This document shows, piece after piece, positions 1-11,964 of a stretch of DNA of 64,000 bases; the stretch's first letter is position 1; the number at the start of each line of letters is the position of its first letter. Source of the stretch: Pelagibacteraceae bacterium. GTDB lineage: Bacteria; Pseudomonadota; Alphaproteobacteria; Pelagibacterales; Pelagibacteraceae. The stretch spans positions 9,732 through 73,731 of the forward strand of contig JBJLCZ010000006.1 in NCBI GenBank assembly GCA_045567335.1, in the 5' to 3' direction. Made by a program: the position numbers and the translations under genes. Below the pieces are notes generated by a model that worked only from the letters and a program-made list of their open reading frames with translations, had not been told where the DNA came from and made no database searches.

Positions 1-528
1 AAAATAAATTGGTTCAACATTATGACCTTTGACCGGTCCTTCTTTATCTTTAAATTTCCCTGCAATTATATTTATAGATTTTCCTTCATCTTTATAACGA
101 ACAATTTGTTCAGATTTAATATAATCATATTGAGGTTTGCTCATTTTCATTTTAGCGGGCATATTAATCCATAACTGAAATCCCAAAAGTTTACCGTCAG
201 ACATTGCTGGCATTTCAGAATGAATTATACCACGACCTGTTTTCATCCACTGTATATCTCCTGGAGTCATTCTACCTTTTGAGCCAGTGCTGTCTTCGTG
301 TTCAAATTCTCCGTGAAGCATGTAAGTCACTGTTTCTATACCTCTATGTGGATGAGGTGGAAATCCAGCAAGATAATCATCTTTATTTTCAGAACCAAAT
401 TCATCTAACATTAAGAAAGGATCGATGTAATCGGCTTCTGGAGTTCCAATACTTCTTTTTAATTTTACGCCAGCGCCGTCAGATGCGTTTAAAGCTTTTA
501 TTATTTTTTTTATTTCAATTTTAGACAT
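1..528 (-). CDS. Pirin family protein (3'-truncated by window edge; absent from ORF track)
   Basis: Manual translation from ATG at 528: MSKIEIKKIIKALNASDGAGVKLKRSIG..DPFLMLDEF..GFPPHPHRGIETVTYM..QWMKTGRGIIHSEMP; pirin HPHRG / HSE metal motifs. Confidence 0.93.
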   Translation of the reverse strand, partial: MSKIEIKKIIKALNASDGAGVKLKRSIGTPEADYIDPFLMLDEFGSENKDDYLAGFPPHPHRGIETVTYMLHGEFEHEDSTGSKGRMTPGDIQWMKTGRGIIHSEMPAMSDGKLLGFQLWINMPAKMKMSKPQYDYIKSEQIVRYKDEGKSINIIAGKFKDKEGPVKGHNVEPIYF

Positions 529-543
529 TCTTAATCCTACTGG

Positions 544-1206
544 TTAAACTATCTTAAGTAACTGCGTTAAATTGCTGACCTCATTTTTTGGCCTATAATC
601 AAGATTATCGAAAATATTATTATTCCTATTAACCCAGATAGCATTATAACCGTAATTTCCTCCGCCAGATACATCCCAGGTGTTAGCGCTTAAAAATGCA
701 ATTTCATCATTTTTAATTTGATATTTCTTTACAGGCATATCATAAACTTTGGCATGTGGTTTATAGATACCAACTTCTTCAATTGAAAATATATTATTAA
801 ACATATTATCTAAACTATTACCTTTAACTAACCCATCTAAAAGATCAGGAGTTCCGTTTGAAAGTATTGCAAGTTTATATTTTTTTGCCTTAAGATTTTT
901 TAAAACTTCTTTAACTTCAGGATAGGGTGACAAAACTTTATACAAGTCTAATAATTCATTTTTCATAGAACTATTTATTTTAAAACTCTTCATTGATTTA
1001 TCTAAACTATCTTCAGTTACTTGCCAAAAATCTTTATGCTTTTTCATTAAACTTCTAAGCCAAGTATATTCTAACTGGGTTGTTCGCCAGTGATTAGCAA
1101 AGTCTACCCATTTATCTCCAATTTTATCTTTGCATTTTTCAGCAGCTGAATTGACATCAAATAATGTGCCATAAGCATCAAAAATTATAGCTTTAATATT
1201 TTTCAC
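544..1206 (-). CDS. Haloacid dehalogenase type II (L-2-haloacid dehalogenase family)
   Basis: FDAYGTLFDV motif I, WRxxQLEYTW, LSNG, YKP, SANTWD; GTG start with AGGAGAG upstream. Confidence 0.9.
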   Translation of the reverse strand: MKNIKAIIFDAYGTLFDVNSAAEKCKDKIGDKWVDFANHWRTTQLEYTWLRSLMKKHKDFWQVTEDSLDKSMKSFKINSSMKNELLDLYKVLSPYPEVKEVLKNLKAKKYKLAILSNGTPDLLDGLVKGNSLDNMFNNIFSIEEVGIYKPHAKVYDMPVKKYQIKNDEIAFLSANTWDVSGGGNYGYNAIWVNRNNNIFDNLDYRPKNEVSNLTQLLKIV

Positions 1207-1214
1207 CCTCTCCT

Positions 1215-1460
1215 CTAACTGTTATGCGATCCATCGCACATTGGTTGATCGTTAGTTTGTTTACAAGTACAAAAAAATACTTTTTTAGACTGTTCTGCTT
1301 TGTAGGTCAGGGGACCAAATTTTGATCCTTTATGAGAACCATCACAAAATGGTTGTTTTTTACTTTCACCACATGAGCACCAGTAATATGATTTACCTTC
1401 AATTACATTTATACCAACAGGTGTTTCTCCAGCTCTTTTACCTTTTTCAAATTTATTCAT
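1215..1460 (-). CDS. CDGSH iron-sulfur domain protein (two CDGSH motifs, MiNT/CISD3-like)
   Basis: WCSCGESKKQPFCDGSH and FCTCKQTNDQPMCDGSH. Confidence 0.93.
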   Translation of the reverse strand: MNKFEKGKRAGETPVGINVIEGKSYYWCSCGESKKQPFCDGSHKGSKFGPLTYKAEQSKKVFFCTCKQTNDQPMCDGSHNS

Positions 1461-1511
1461 ATAAGTTACCTATTATTGATTAATCTTATTAAATTTTCTA
1501 TTGTACAAAAT

Positions 1512-2225
1512 ATGAATAACATTAGGTTATATTTTCCAGATAGTATAGTTGAAAATTCAACAATCTTGTTATCTAAAGAGCATACCCACTATATTGTAAA
1601 TGTAATGAGATTAAAAAGAGGATCTTATATAAATTTTTTTAACAAAAAAGGCGAGTGGTTAAGCGAAATAGTTTTCCTTGAAAGAGATAGGGTGGAGGTA
1701 AAATTTTTAAGTAAAATAAAAAATTCATCATTAATTTCAAATATTGAGCTAGCCATATGTTTAGTTAAAAAAACACCAATGGAAATTATTTTGCAAAAAG
1801 CTACCGAGCTTGGTGTGAGTAAAATTATACCTATAATTTCTGAGCGCACTGAAGTAAAAGAATTAAACCTTGAAAGAGCAAATAAAATTACTGTTGAGGC
1901 TACAGAACAATCAAATCAATTAAATCCACCAATTATAGATCAAGCAATAAAACTTAAAGACTTTCTTAGTAACATTAATAAAGATGCCAAATTACTTTTT
2001 GCTGATGTAAATTCTGAATACAAGCTCAAATCAGCGGATATTAAAAAGAACCAGTTAATTTATATTCTAATTGGTCCAGAGGGTGATTTTTCTCCGGAAG
2101 AGCGTAAGACAATTTTAGCTTCATCTAATTTAATATCTTTTACACTATCTAGAAATATTTTAAGAACAGATACTGCAGTAATAAGCGCTATTTCCTTAGT
2201 TAATTTGATTCATAGTGATCATTAA
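1512..2225 (+). CDS. rsmE: 16S rRNA (uracil1498-N3)-methyltransferase
   Basis: HYIVNVMRL, QKATELGV, EATEQS, IGPEGDFS, ILRTDTA; ATG 1512 preferred over TTG 1476. Confidence 0.93.
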   Translation: MNNIRLYFPDSIVENSTILLSKEHTHYIVNVMRLKRGSYINFFNKKGEWLSEIVFLERDRVEVKFLSKIKNSSLISNIELAICLVKKTPMEIILQKATELGVSKIIPIISERTEVKELNLERANKITVEATEQSNQLNPPIIDQAIKLKDFLSNINKDAKLLFADVNSEYKLKSADIKKNQLIYILIGPEGDFSPEERKTILASSNLISFTLSRNILRTDTAVISAISLVNLIHSDH

Positions 2226-2278
2226 TTGTCGCATTAATTGAAATTGTTTTATAGTGATAAACGTATATAAAAATCACA

Positions 2279-4716
<2,438 letters not shown>

Positions 4717-4717
4717 A

Positions 4718-5638
4718 TTGAATCAAATAGTTTTAAAATCAAAAAGTTCTAAGGTTGCATTGACTTACAGTCTTCAATCTTTTTTTAATTTAATGAAACC
4801 TAGAGTAATGTCACTTGTTTTATTTACTTGCATGGTTGGTTTGTTGATTTCGCCAACAGAGGTTTCTTTCTCAATTAGTGTAGTTTCTTTGCTAGCTGTA
4901 GCTATTGGTTCTGGTGCCGCAGGAGCTTTAAATATGTGGTACGAGTCAGATCTAGATGCGTTAATGAGCAGAACTTGTTTAAGACCAATACCGTCTGGTA
5001 AGGTTAAAAAAAACCAAGCATTAATTTTTGGTTTGGCACTCTCAATTATTTCGATTTCAATGCTTTACTATTTTGCCAATTTAATTTCAGCAATTTTGCT
5101 GACCTCAACTATAGCATTCTACTTTTTTATTTACACTATCTGGTTAAAAAGAAAAACATCCCAAAATATTGTAATAGGTGGAGCGGCTGGAGCTTTACCA
5201 CCTGTAATCGGATGGACAATTGCAACTGGCACAATTTCTATTGAACCAATTGTTTTATTTTTAATTATCTTTTTTTGGACCCCATCACACTTTTGGGCTT
5301 TAAGTTTATATAAATCTGCGGATTATAAAAAAGCAAAAATACCAATGTTGCCAATAATTTCAGGAATTCAAACCACTAAAATAAATATTTTAGTTTACGC
5401 TTCAATTATGTTGCCAATTGTTTCGGCCCCGTACATTTTTAATTTTGGTAGTTTATTGTACTTAATAATTTCATCAACAATGACAATTTATTACATATGT
5501 CTATGTTATAAATTATATAAAACTAAAAATACAAAAAATTCTAATATTTTAGCAAGAAAAATATTTGTATATTCAATATTTTATTTATTTTTATTGTTTG
5601 TGTTAATATTATTAGATAACTTAATAACCTCTATATAA
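4718..5638 (+). CDS. cyoE: Protoheme IX farnesyltransferase (heme o synthase)
   Basis: KPRVMSL, DxDALMSRTxxRPIPSG, QNIVIGGAAGALPP, WTPSHFWAL, DYKKAKIPMLP. Confidence 0.95.
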   Translation: MNQIVLKSKSSKVALTYSLQSFFNLMKPRVMSLVLFTCMVGLLISPTEVSFSISVVSLLAVAIGSGAAGALNMWYESDLDALMSRTCLRPIPSGKVKKNQALIFGLALSIISISMLYYFANLISAILLTSTIAFYFFIYTIWLKRKTSQNIVIGGAAGALPPVIGWTIATGTISIEPIVLFLIIFFWTPSHFWALSLYKSADYKKAKIPMLPIISGIQTTKINILVYASIMLPIVSAPYIFNFGSLLYLIISSTMTIYYICLCYKLYKTKNTKNSNILARKIFVYSIFYLFLLFVLILLDNLITSI

Positions 5639-5748
5639 TGAATAAGAAAAATAAAAATATAATGACTGCAATTGTGTTAATTTTATTTATGATTTTTTTA
5701 TTTGTACTTACTTTTTATAATATAGGAATTTATAATAGAGAAATTTAA
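5638..5748 (+). CDS. Small single-TM protein, CoxF-like (36 aa; not in ORF track)
   Basis: MNKKNKNIMTAIVLILFMIFLFVLTFYNIGIYNREI; TAATG stop/start coupling with both cyoE and ctaG; same position as alphaproteobacterial coxF. Confidence 0.75.
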   Translation: MNKKNKNIMTAIVLILFMIFLFVLTFYNIGIYNREI

Positions 5749-6299
5749 TGGCTATCAATAAAAAAAAATTAACTCCTATAATTCTTGTTTCTATATTTGT
5801 TTTTATGCTTGGACTCTCTTTTGCAGCTGTTCCTCTTTATGATTTATTTTGTAGAGTAACAGGATTTGGAGGAACTACTCAAAATGCATCAAAAAAAGAA
5901 TTGCCAAAAATTATAATTAATCAAAACTACAATTTAAGGTTTGACACAAATATAAATAGCACTCTTAATTGGAAGTTTTATCCTGAAATTAAAACACTTG
6001 AATTAAAGCCAGGTGAAATTCGCACAGTTAAATTTACTGTAATAAATCAAAGTAACAAAAAAACTTCAGGCTCGGCATCTTTTAATGTTTCGCCCTCTCC
6101 TTTTGGCATATATTTAAATAAAATAGGTTGCTTTTGTTTTGAAAAACAAACTTTAAAAGCTGGAGAAAACCAAGAGTTTGTACTGACATTTTTCTTGGAT
6201 CCAAAAGTAGTTGATGATAATAAAACTAAAGATATAGCTGATGTGACATTATCGTTCACTTTCTTCTCATCAGATTATTATAAAAAGGATAAAATTTAA
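5748..6299 (+). CDS. ctaG: Cytochrome c oxidase copper assembly protein CtaG/Cox11
   Basis: AAVPLYDLFCRVTGFGGTT, KIGCFCF copper motif. Confidence 0.95.
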   Translation: MAINKKKLTPIILVSIFVFMLGLSFAAVPLYDLFCRVTGFGGTTQNASKKELPKIIINQNYNLRFDTNINSTLNWKFYPEIKTLELKPGEIRTVKFTVINQSNKKTSGSASFNVSPSPFGIYLNKIGCFCFEKQTLKAGENQEFVLTFFLDPKVVDDNKTKDIADVTLSFTFFSSDYYKKDKI

Positions 6300-6302
6300 A
6301 AT

Positions 6303-7094
6303 ATGTCTTCAGGCGAAAAAAAACATGGATTTCATTTAGTTGACCCTAGTCCTTGGCCAATATATGTGTCTTTTTCAACATTAATCTTGGCAATAGGAGC
6401 AGTATACTATTTTCATACCAAAACACTTTGGCTTTTATTAATTGGTTTTGCGCTTATTTTTTATGGAGCATTCATGTGGTGGAGAGATGTTATCGAGGAA
6501 GCAGAGTATCAAGGACACCATACACCAATTGTACAAATTGGTCATAGATATGGAATGACATTATTTATAGCATCTGAGGTTATGTTTTTTGTTGCTTGGT
6601 TTTGGGCATATTTTAATGCAAGTCTTTTTCCAACAGAAGCAATAGGCAATGCATGGCCGCCTGCTGATATTAAAACCTTTGACCCTTGGGACATACCCTT
6701 AATAAATACACTAATTTTATTGTTATCAGGAACTACTGTAACCTGGGCACATCATGCAATGCTTGAAAATGATAGAAAAGGTTTAGTTAATGGGTTAGTT
6801 GCAACAGTATTTTTAGGATTTATTTTTTCTTGTCTTCAAGCTTATGAATATCATCACGCTTCATTTACAATTGACGGAAATATTTATGGTTCAACTTTTT
6901 ATATGTCAACCGGTTTTCATGGTTTTCATGTAATCGTAGGAACAATTTTTTTAGCAGTATGTTTATTTAGATCAATGAAAGGACATTCTAATTCTGAGCA
7001 CCACTTTGGATTTGAGGCAGCTGCTTGGTATTGGCATTTTGTTGACGTCGTATGGCTATTTCTTTTTGCAGCTATTTATATTTGGGGAAGTTAA
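6303..7094 (+). CDS. coxC: Cytochrome c oxidase subunit III
   Basis: FHLVDPSPWP, FIASEVMFF, TGFHGFHV, AWYWHFVDVVW. Confidence 0.97.
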   Translation: MSSGEKKHGFHLVDPSPWPIYVSFSTLILAIGAVYYFHTKTLWLLLIGFALIFYGAFMWWRDVIEEAEYQGHHTPIVQIGHRYGMTLFIASEVMFFVAWFWAYFNASLFPTEAIGNAWPPADIKTFDPWDIPLINTLILLLSGTTVTWAHHAMLENDRKGLVNGLVATVFLGFIFSCLQAYEYHHASFTIDGNIYGSTFYMSTGFHGFHVIVGTIFLAVCLFRSMKGHSNSEHHFGFEAAAWYWHFVDVVWLFLFAAIYIWGS

Positions 7095-7101
7095 AAATTA
7101 A

Positions 7102-7758
7102 TTGAAAAAATTATTTTTATTTAAAATTTTAGTATTTCTTTTTATAACCTTATTCTGTTCTCTAGGTACTTGGCAACTATACAGACTTGAGTGGAAAAAT
7201 GACTTAATTAGCCAAATAGACAGAGGCTTAAATTCTACACCTATAAAGTATTCAAAAAATATAAAAAAAAATTATCAGAGAGTAATAGTAGAGGGACAAT
7301 ATGATTTTGAAAATCAAATTTATCTTTATAGTTTAAATTCTAAAGGGCAACCAGGATTTGATGTCATCAGTCCTTTTAAAACTTTAGGAGGTGATAATAT
7401 TTTAGTAAATAGAGGCTGGATTAAAAAAGAAATGAAAAATAATCCTAAAATTAATTTTATTAATAAAAATAAAATTCAAGGCTTTGTAAAAAAAATTGCA
7501 AAAAAAAATATTTTTAAACCAGAAAATGATATTAAAAAAAATATATGGTTTTCAATTAATTTGAACGAAATTCAAGAAATAACTGGAAAAAGTTTTCCAA
7601 ATTTTGTTCTTTTTTTGGAAGATAAATCAATAAATTTGCCAGCACCAAAAAAAATAAGTATTGATGTGCCAAATAATCACCTGAAATATGCTATAACATG
7701 GTATTCGATATCAATATCTATATTGTTTTATTTTTTATATTTTAGAAGGCAATTATGA
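7102..7758 (+). CDS. surf1: SURF1 family cytochrome oxidase biogenesis protein
   Basis: LGTWQLYRLEWK, ILVNRGW, NNHLKYAITWY. Confidence 0.93.
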   Translation: MKKLFLFKILVFLFITLFCSLGTWQLYRLEWKNDLISQIDRGLNSTPIKYSKNIKKNYQRVIVEGQYDFENQIYLYSLNSKGQPGFDVISPFKTLGGDNILVNRGWIKKEMKNNPKINFINKNKIQGFVKKIAKKNIFKPENDIKKNIWFSINLNEIQEITGKSFPNFVLFLEDKSINLPAPKKISIDVPNNHLKYAITWYSISISILFYFLYFRRQL

Positions 7759-9131
7759 AATATTTTAGCACAAGAGATAAATCATTAAACTTAAGTTTTA
7801 AAGATATATTTCTTAGAGGTCTAGCTCCGGATGGAGGTTTATTTTTACCTTATGACATTAGAAGTTATAATGAATCTGAAATTAAAACTTTAAGTAAATT
7901 ATCTTATATAGACTTAGCTACTGAAATTATTTTAAATTTTTGTAAATCTGATTTAGAGAAATCAAGACTTAAATCTCTAATAAAAAAAGCCTATCAAAAT
8001 TTTAATGATAAAGAAGTCGTAAAAATAAAAAAAATTGGGGAAGTAAATATTTTAGAACTTTATAATGGTCCTACTTTAGCTTTTAAAGACATAGCCATGC
8101 AAGTTATAGGGAATATGTACGATGAATTAAATTTTGCTAAAGACAAGACCGTAAACATAGTAGTTGCAACTTCTGGGGACACTGGATCTGCGGCAATATC
8201 AGCATTAAATGATAGAAAAAATATTAATGTTTTCATACTTCACCCACATAATAAAATTTCCAATATTCAGAAAAAAATTATGACAACTATTGGATCAAAA
8301 AATATTTTTAATATAGCTATAAAAGGAACATTTGATGATTGTCAAAAAATAGTTAAAGACATGTTTTCTGACAACAAATTTAGAGAACAAATTAATATGT
8401 CTGGGGTCAATTCCATTAATTGGGCGAGAATTATTTGTCAGATAGTATATTATTTTTATTCAGCATTTAAATTTCCAAATAAAAAATTAAATTTTTCAGT
8501 CCCAACAGGAAACTTTGGAGATGTTTATGCTGGGTATATCGCAAAAAAAATGGGTTTGCCGATAAATAAGCTTATAGTTGCTACTAATGAAAATGACATT
8601 TTACAAAGAGTTATTAACTTTGGTGAATACAAACCAAGTGAAGTAAAACCTTCTTTATCACCAAGCATGGATATTCAAGTTTCAAGTAATTTTGAGAGAT
8701 TGTTATTTGATGTCTTAGATCAAGATGATCAAAAAGTTTCATTATTAATGAGCAACTTATCATCACAAGGGTATTTTAAGCTTAATCAAAAAGAGGTAGC
8801 CAATATTAAAAAAAACTTTAGTGCTATAAAAATTACCGATAAAGAAACACTAGAAATTATTCGAGAATTTGAAAAGAAATATGATTTTATTTTAGACCCT
8901 CATACTGCTACAGCAGTAGGAGCGAAAAATAAAATAAAAAATAATTCAATCACAATTGTACTTGGTACAGCGCATCCGTACAAATTTTTCGAAACTATAA
9001 AAATAGCGACCGGTAAAAAAGTTAAACCTCCAAAGCAGTTTTTAAATTTATTAGATAAAAAAGAAAAATATGATATATTAGATAACAAAGTCTCAGAAAT
9101 TAAAAAATATATTTTGGAAAAAGTAGAATGA
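7755..9131 (+). CDS. thrC: Threonine synthase
   Basis: MKYFSTR, GLAPDGGL, GPTLAFKD (PLP Lys), ATSGDTG, VNSINWARI, VPTGNFG, DPHTA. Confidence 0.96.
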   Translation: MKYFSTRDKSLNLSFKDIFLRGLAPDGGLFLPYDIRSYNESEIKTLSKLSYIDLATEIILNFCKSDLEKSRLKSLIKKAYQNFNDKEVVKIKKIGEVNILELYNGPTLAFKDIAMQVIGNMYDELNFAKDKTVNIVVATSGDTGSAAISALNDRKNINVFILHPHNKISNIQKKIMTTIGSKNIFNIAIKGTFDDCQKIVKDMFSDNKFREQINMSGVNSINWARIICQIVYYFYSAFKFPNKKLNFSVPTGNFGDVYAGYIAKKMGLPINKLIVATNENDILQRVINFGEYKPSEVKPSLSPSMDIQVSSNFERLLFDVLDQDDQKVSLLMSNLSSQGYFKLNQKEVANIKKNFSAIKITDKETLEIIREFEKKYDFILDPHTATAVGAKNKIKNNSITIVLGTAHPYKFFETIKIATGKKVKPPKQFLNLLDKKEKYDILDNKVSEIKKYILEKVE

Positions 9132-9616
9132 AAATAAAAGTAGGTGGGAAATTACCATCATCAAATTTTTTTCTTTTAGACGATGCAAATAAAGTTCAAA
9201 AAATTAATTCAAGTGATTTGTTCAAAAGTCAAAAAGCCATCTTAATTGGGGTGCCGGGTGCTTTTACAAAAGTTTGCTCTGCACTACATCTACCAGGTTA
9301 TGTAAAAAATTTCGAAGAAATAAAAAAAAAAGGTGTTACAAAGATTATATGTATTTCAGTCAATGATCCAAATGTAATGAAAGCTTGGGGTGAAACTCAA
9401 AATGTTAAAGATAAAGTATTTATGGCTGCAGATCCCTTTTGTGAATTTACTAAATTGATAGGAGCAGAAGTGGATAAAACTGAAAAGGGACTTGGTGTTA
9501 GATCTGTTAGATATACAATGCTTGTAGAGGATGAAATTGTAAAAAAGATAAAAGAAGAAGATGATACTGGAATTTGTGAAATATCTGCCGCTGAAAACTT
9601 TATTATGAATCTTTAA
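9128..9616 (+). CDS. Peroxiredoxin (Prx5/Ahp1-like redoxin)
   Basis: PGAFTKVCS..HLPG, SVNDPNVMKAW, GLGVRSVRY. Confidence 0.92.
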   Translation: MKIKVGGKLPSSNFFLLDDANKVQKINSSDLFKSQKAILIGVPGAFTKVCSALHLPGYVKNFEEIKKKGVTKIICISVNDPNVMKAWGETQNVKDKVFMAADPFCEFTKLIGAEVDKTEKGLGVRSVRYTMLVEDEIVKKIKEEDDTGICEISAAENFIMNL

Positions 9617-9619
9617 TTC

Positions 9620-10051
9620 TTAAATTCTAGCTATAGCTTTGGTAGCTAATTCATCTGCTAAATTATTATATTTGTTATTTGAGTGACCTTTTATCCATTT
9701 CCAAGTAATTTTATAATCTCTACATAAATCATTTAACTTTATCCAAAGATCCTTATTTTTTACTGGTTTTTTATTTGCGTTTTTCCAACCATTTTGTTCC
9801 CACTTTTTAATCCACTCTGTTATGCCATTTTTTACATATATTGAATCTGTATAAATCGTAATTTCCGAAGAAGTCTTAATTTTTTGTAAAGCCTTGATTG
9901 GAGCTATTAATTCCATTCTATTATTAGTAGTATTACTTTCTTTCCCAGATATATTTTTTTGATTTTCATTTTTATCTAAAATTACAGCTCCCCAACCCCC
10001 AGGACCAGGATTACCTGAACAAGCACCATCCGTGTAAATTTCGTATTTCAT
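9620..10051 (-). CDS. rnhA: Ribonuclease HI
   Basis: YTDGACSGNPGPGGWG, TTNNRMEL, TDSIYV, WIKGH, NNLADELA. Confidence 0.97.
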   Translation of the reverse strand: MKYEIYTDGACSGNPGPGGWGAVILDKNENQKNISGKESNTTNNRMELIAPIKALQKIKTSSEITIYTDSIYVKNGITEWIKKWEQNGWKNANKKPVKNKDLWIKLNDLCRDYKITWKWIKGHSNNKYNNLADELATKAIARI

Positions 10052-11019
10052 TAAAAAAAATAATCTTCAAAATTTTTAGAGTTTTTATGAAACTCTAGTC
10101 TTTTTAAATATTCCATAGGATCTTTAACCTTTACAATGGCACCTTCAACAGTATTTAAAGTATCAAAAACTCTTGTTAGTAAAAATCTCAATGCTGCTCC
10201 TTGTGAAAGAACTTTTATACTTTTTTTTTCATCATAAGAAAGTTTTCTAATTTCGTTATAACCATCGATTAAATTTTTGGCTTTAGTGACGTTAAAGCTT
10301 AAATTATTTTTAAGTCCATCAAAGCATAACGCATTAAAGCATATCGCAATTTCAAAAGCAAAATAGTCATTACAAGAAAAATAAAAATCTATAAAACCGC
10401 TAAATTTATTATCCTTAAAAAAAATATTGTCATTAAATAAGTCGGCATGAATAATACCTTTTGGTAAGTTTTTAGGCCAATTTTTTTCGACATCAGATAA
10501 ATTTGACTCTATAAGTTTTGGAAGATCTTTATGAATATTTGAACATTTATTTTTTACAGAATTAAATATTCCTCTCCAAGATTTTATCGATAAATCATTC
10601 AATCTATTGATTTTAAAATTTTTAGTTATTTCGTGCATTTTTGCCACTTCAATTCCAATTGATTTGCAATTTTCAGGACTTAGATAATTTTTAGCTTTTC
10701 CTTCTATAAAACTTACAATCATAAGTTTTTTTTTGCCCAATTCACTTACTGGCTTATTTTCTTTATTAATAATAGGAATAGGACATTTAAATCCAGATTT
10801 GTTTAAGCTAATCATTAATTCAGAGAAGAAAGGTAAGTCACTTTTTTTTACTCTTTTTTCGTATACTGTTAATATATATTTTTTATTATCAACAATTATT
10901 AAATAATTAGTATTCTCTATACCTTCTTGAATTCCCTCGAATTTATTTAAATTTCCAATTGAATAATTTAATAAAATATTTTCGATATCTTTTTTACTAA
11001 ATTTTGTGTAAACAGCCAT
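10051..11019 (-). CDS. thrB: Homoserine kinase type II (APH-fold)
   Basis: MAVYT, EGIENTNY, IIHADLFNDN, IDFYF, LRFLLTR, KDPMEY. Confidence 0.94.
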   Translation of the reverse strand: MAVYTKFSKKDIENILLNYSIGNLNKFEGIQEGIENTNYLIIVDNKKYILTVYEKRVKKSDLPFFSELMISLNKSGFKCPIPIINKENKPVSELGKKKLMIVSFIEGKAKNYLSPENCKSIGIEVAKMHEITKNFKINRLNDLSIKSWRGIFNSVKNKCSNIHKDLPKLIESNLSDVEKNWPKNLPKGIIHADLFNDNIFFKDNKFSGFIDFYFSCNDYFAFEIAICFNALCFDGLKNNLSFNVTKAKNLIDGYNEIRKLSYDEKKSIKVLSQGAALRFLLTRVFDTLNTVEGAIVKVKDPMEYLKRLEFHKNSKNFEDYFF

Positions 11020-11964
11020 TTAATCTACTTCTTTTGGTAATTTAAAAACTACTTTTTCTTCAGCTACTGTTATTTCTTCTAAAGAGACTTTGCAATGTTC
11101 TTTTATTTCAGATATCAAATTTTGAACTAATCTCTCTGGTGCAGAAGCTCCTGACGCCAAACCAATTTTTTTACATTTTTTTATTTTTTCTATCGGTAAT
11201 TTCTTTTCAGAATGAACTAATTCAGATTCAGCACAACCTGCTTTTTTTGCAACTTCTACCAATCTAACAGAATTTGATGAATTTCTACTTCCGATAACAA
11301 AAAACATATCACATTTTGAAGCTATTTCTTTGACTGCACTTTGCCTATTAGTTGTTGCGTAACAAATATCCTGTTTTATAGGAGCTTTTATTTCTTTAAA
11401 TTTATTTTTAAGTGTATCAATAATTTCAGCTGTGTCATCTACGGATAATGTAGTTTGCGTAATATAAGCAAGTGGCTTATTAAATATTTTTTTATCTAGT
11501 TTAATAACATCATCAGAGGTCTCAATTAATTTGATTGAGCCTTTCGGCAATTGTCCCATTGTTCCTATTACTTCAGGATGATTTTTATGCCCTATTAATA
11601 TTATATCATATCCTTTTTTATATAGCTGTTCAGACTCTCTATGAACTTTGGAAACCAGAGGACAAGTTGCGTCGACATAAAATAAATTTTTTATTCTAGC
11701 TTCTTCTGGAACTGTTTTAGCAACTCCGTGAGCTGAAAATATAACAGGCCTTGAAAAATCCTTTATTTCTGAAAGTTCTTCCACAAAAATAGCTCCTTTT
11801 TCTTTTAGTTCGTCCACCACTTGTTTGTTGTGAACTATTTCATGACGAACATAAACTGGAGATCCAAATTTTTTTATAGCTTTATTTACTATTTCTATAG
11901 CTCTATCAACGCCAGCACAAAATCCCCTAGGTGAAGCTAAAAGTATTTTAAGTTCATTTTTCAT
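11020..11964 (-). CDS. ispH: 4-hydroxy-3-methylbut-2-enyl diphosphate reductase
   Basis: PRGFCAGVDRA, HEIVHN, DATCPLV, TQTTLS, ICYATTNRQ, SSNS. Confidence 0.97.
   Translation of the reverse strand: MKNELKILLASPRGFCAGVDRAIEIVNKAIKKFGSPVYVRHEIVHNKQVVDELKEKGAIFVEELSEIKDFSRPVIFSAHGVAKTVPEEARIKNLFYVDATCPLVSKVHRESEQLYKKGYDIILIGHKNHPEVIGTMGQLPKGSIKLIETSDDVIKLDKKIFNKPLAYITQTTLSVDDTAEIIDTLKNKFKEIKAPIKQDICYATTNRQSAVKEIASKCDMFFVIGSRNSSNSVRLVEVAKKAGCAESELVHSEKKLPIEKIKKCKKIGLASGASAPERLVQNLISEIKEHCKVSLEEITVAEEKVVFKLPKEVD

Noticed and set aside
204-524. 106-aa + strand ORF in the track
   Set aside because: Antisense shadow of the pirin gene on the minus strand; no motifs
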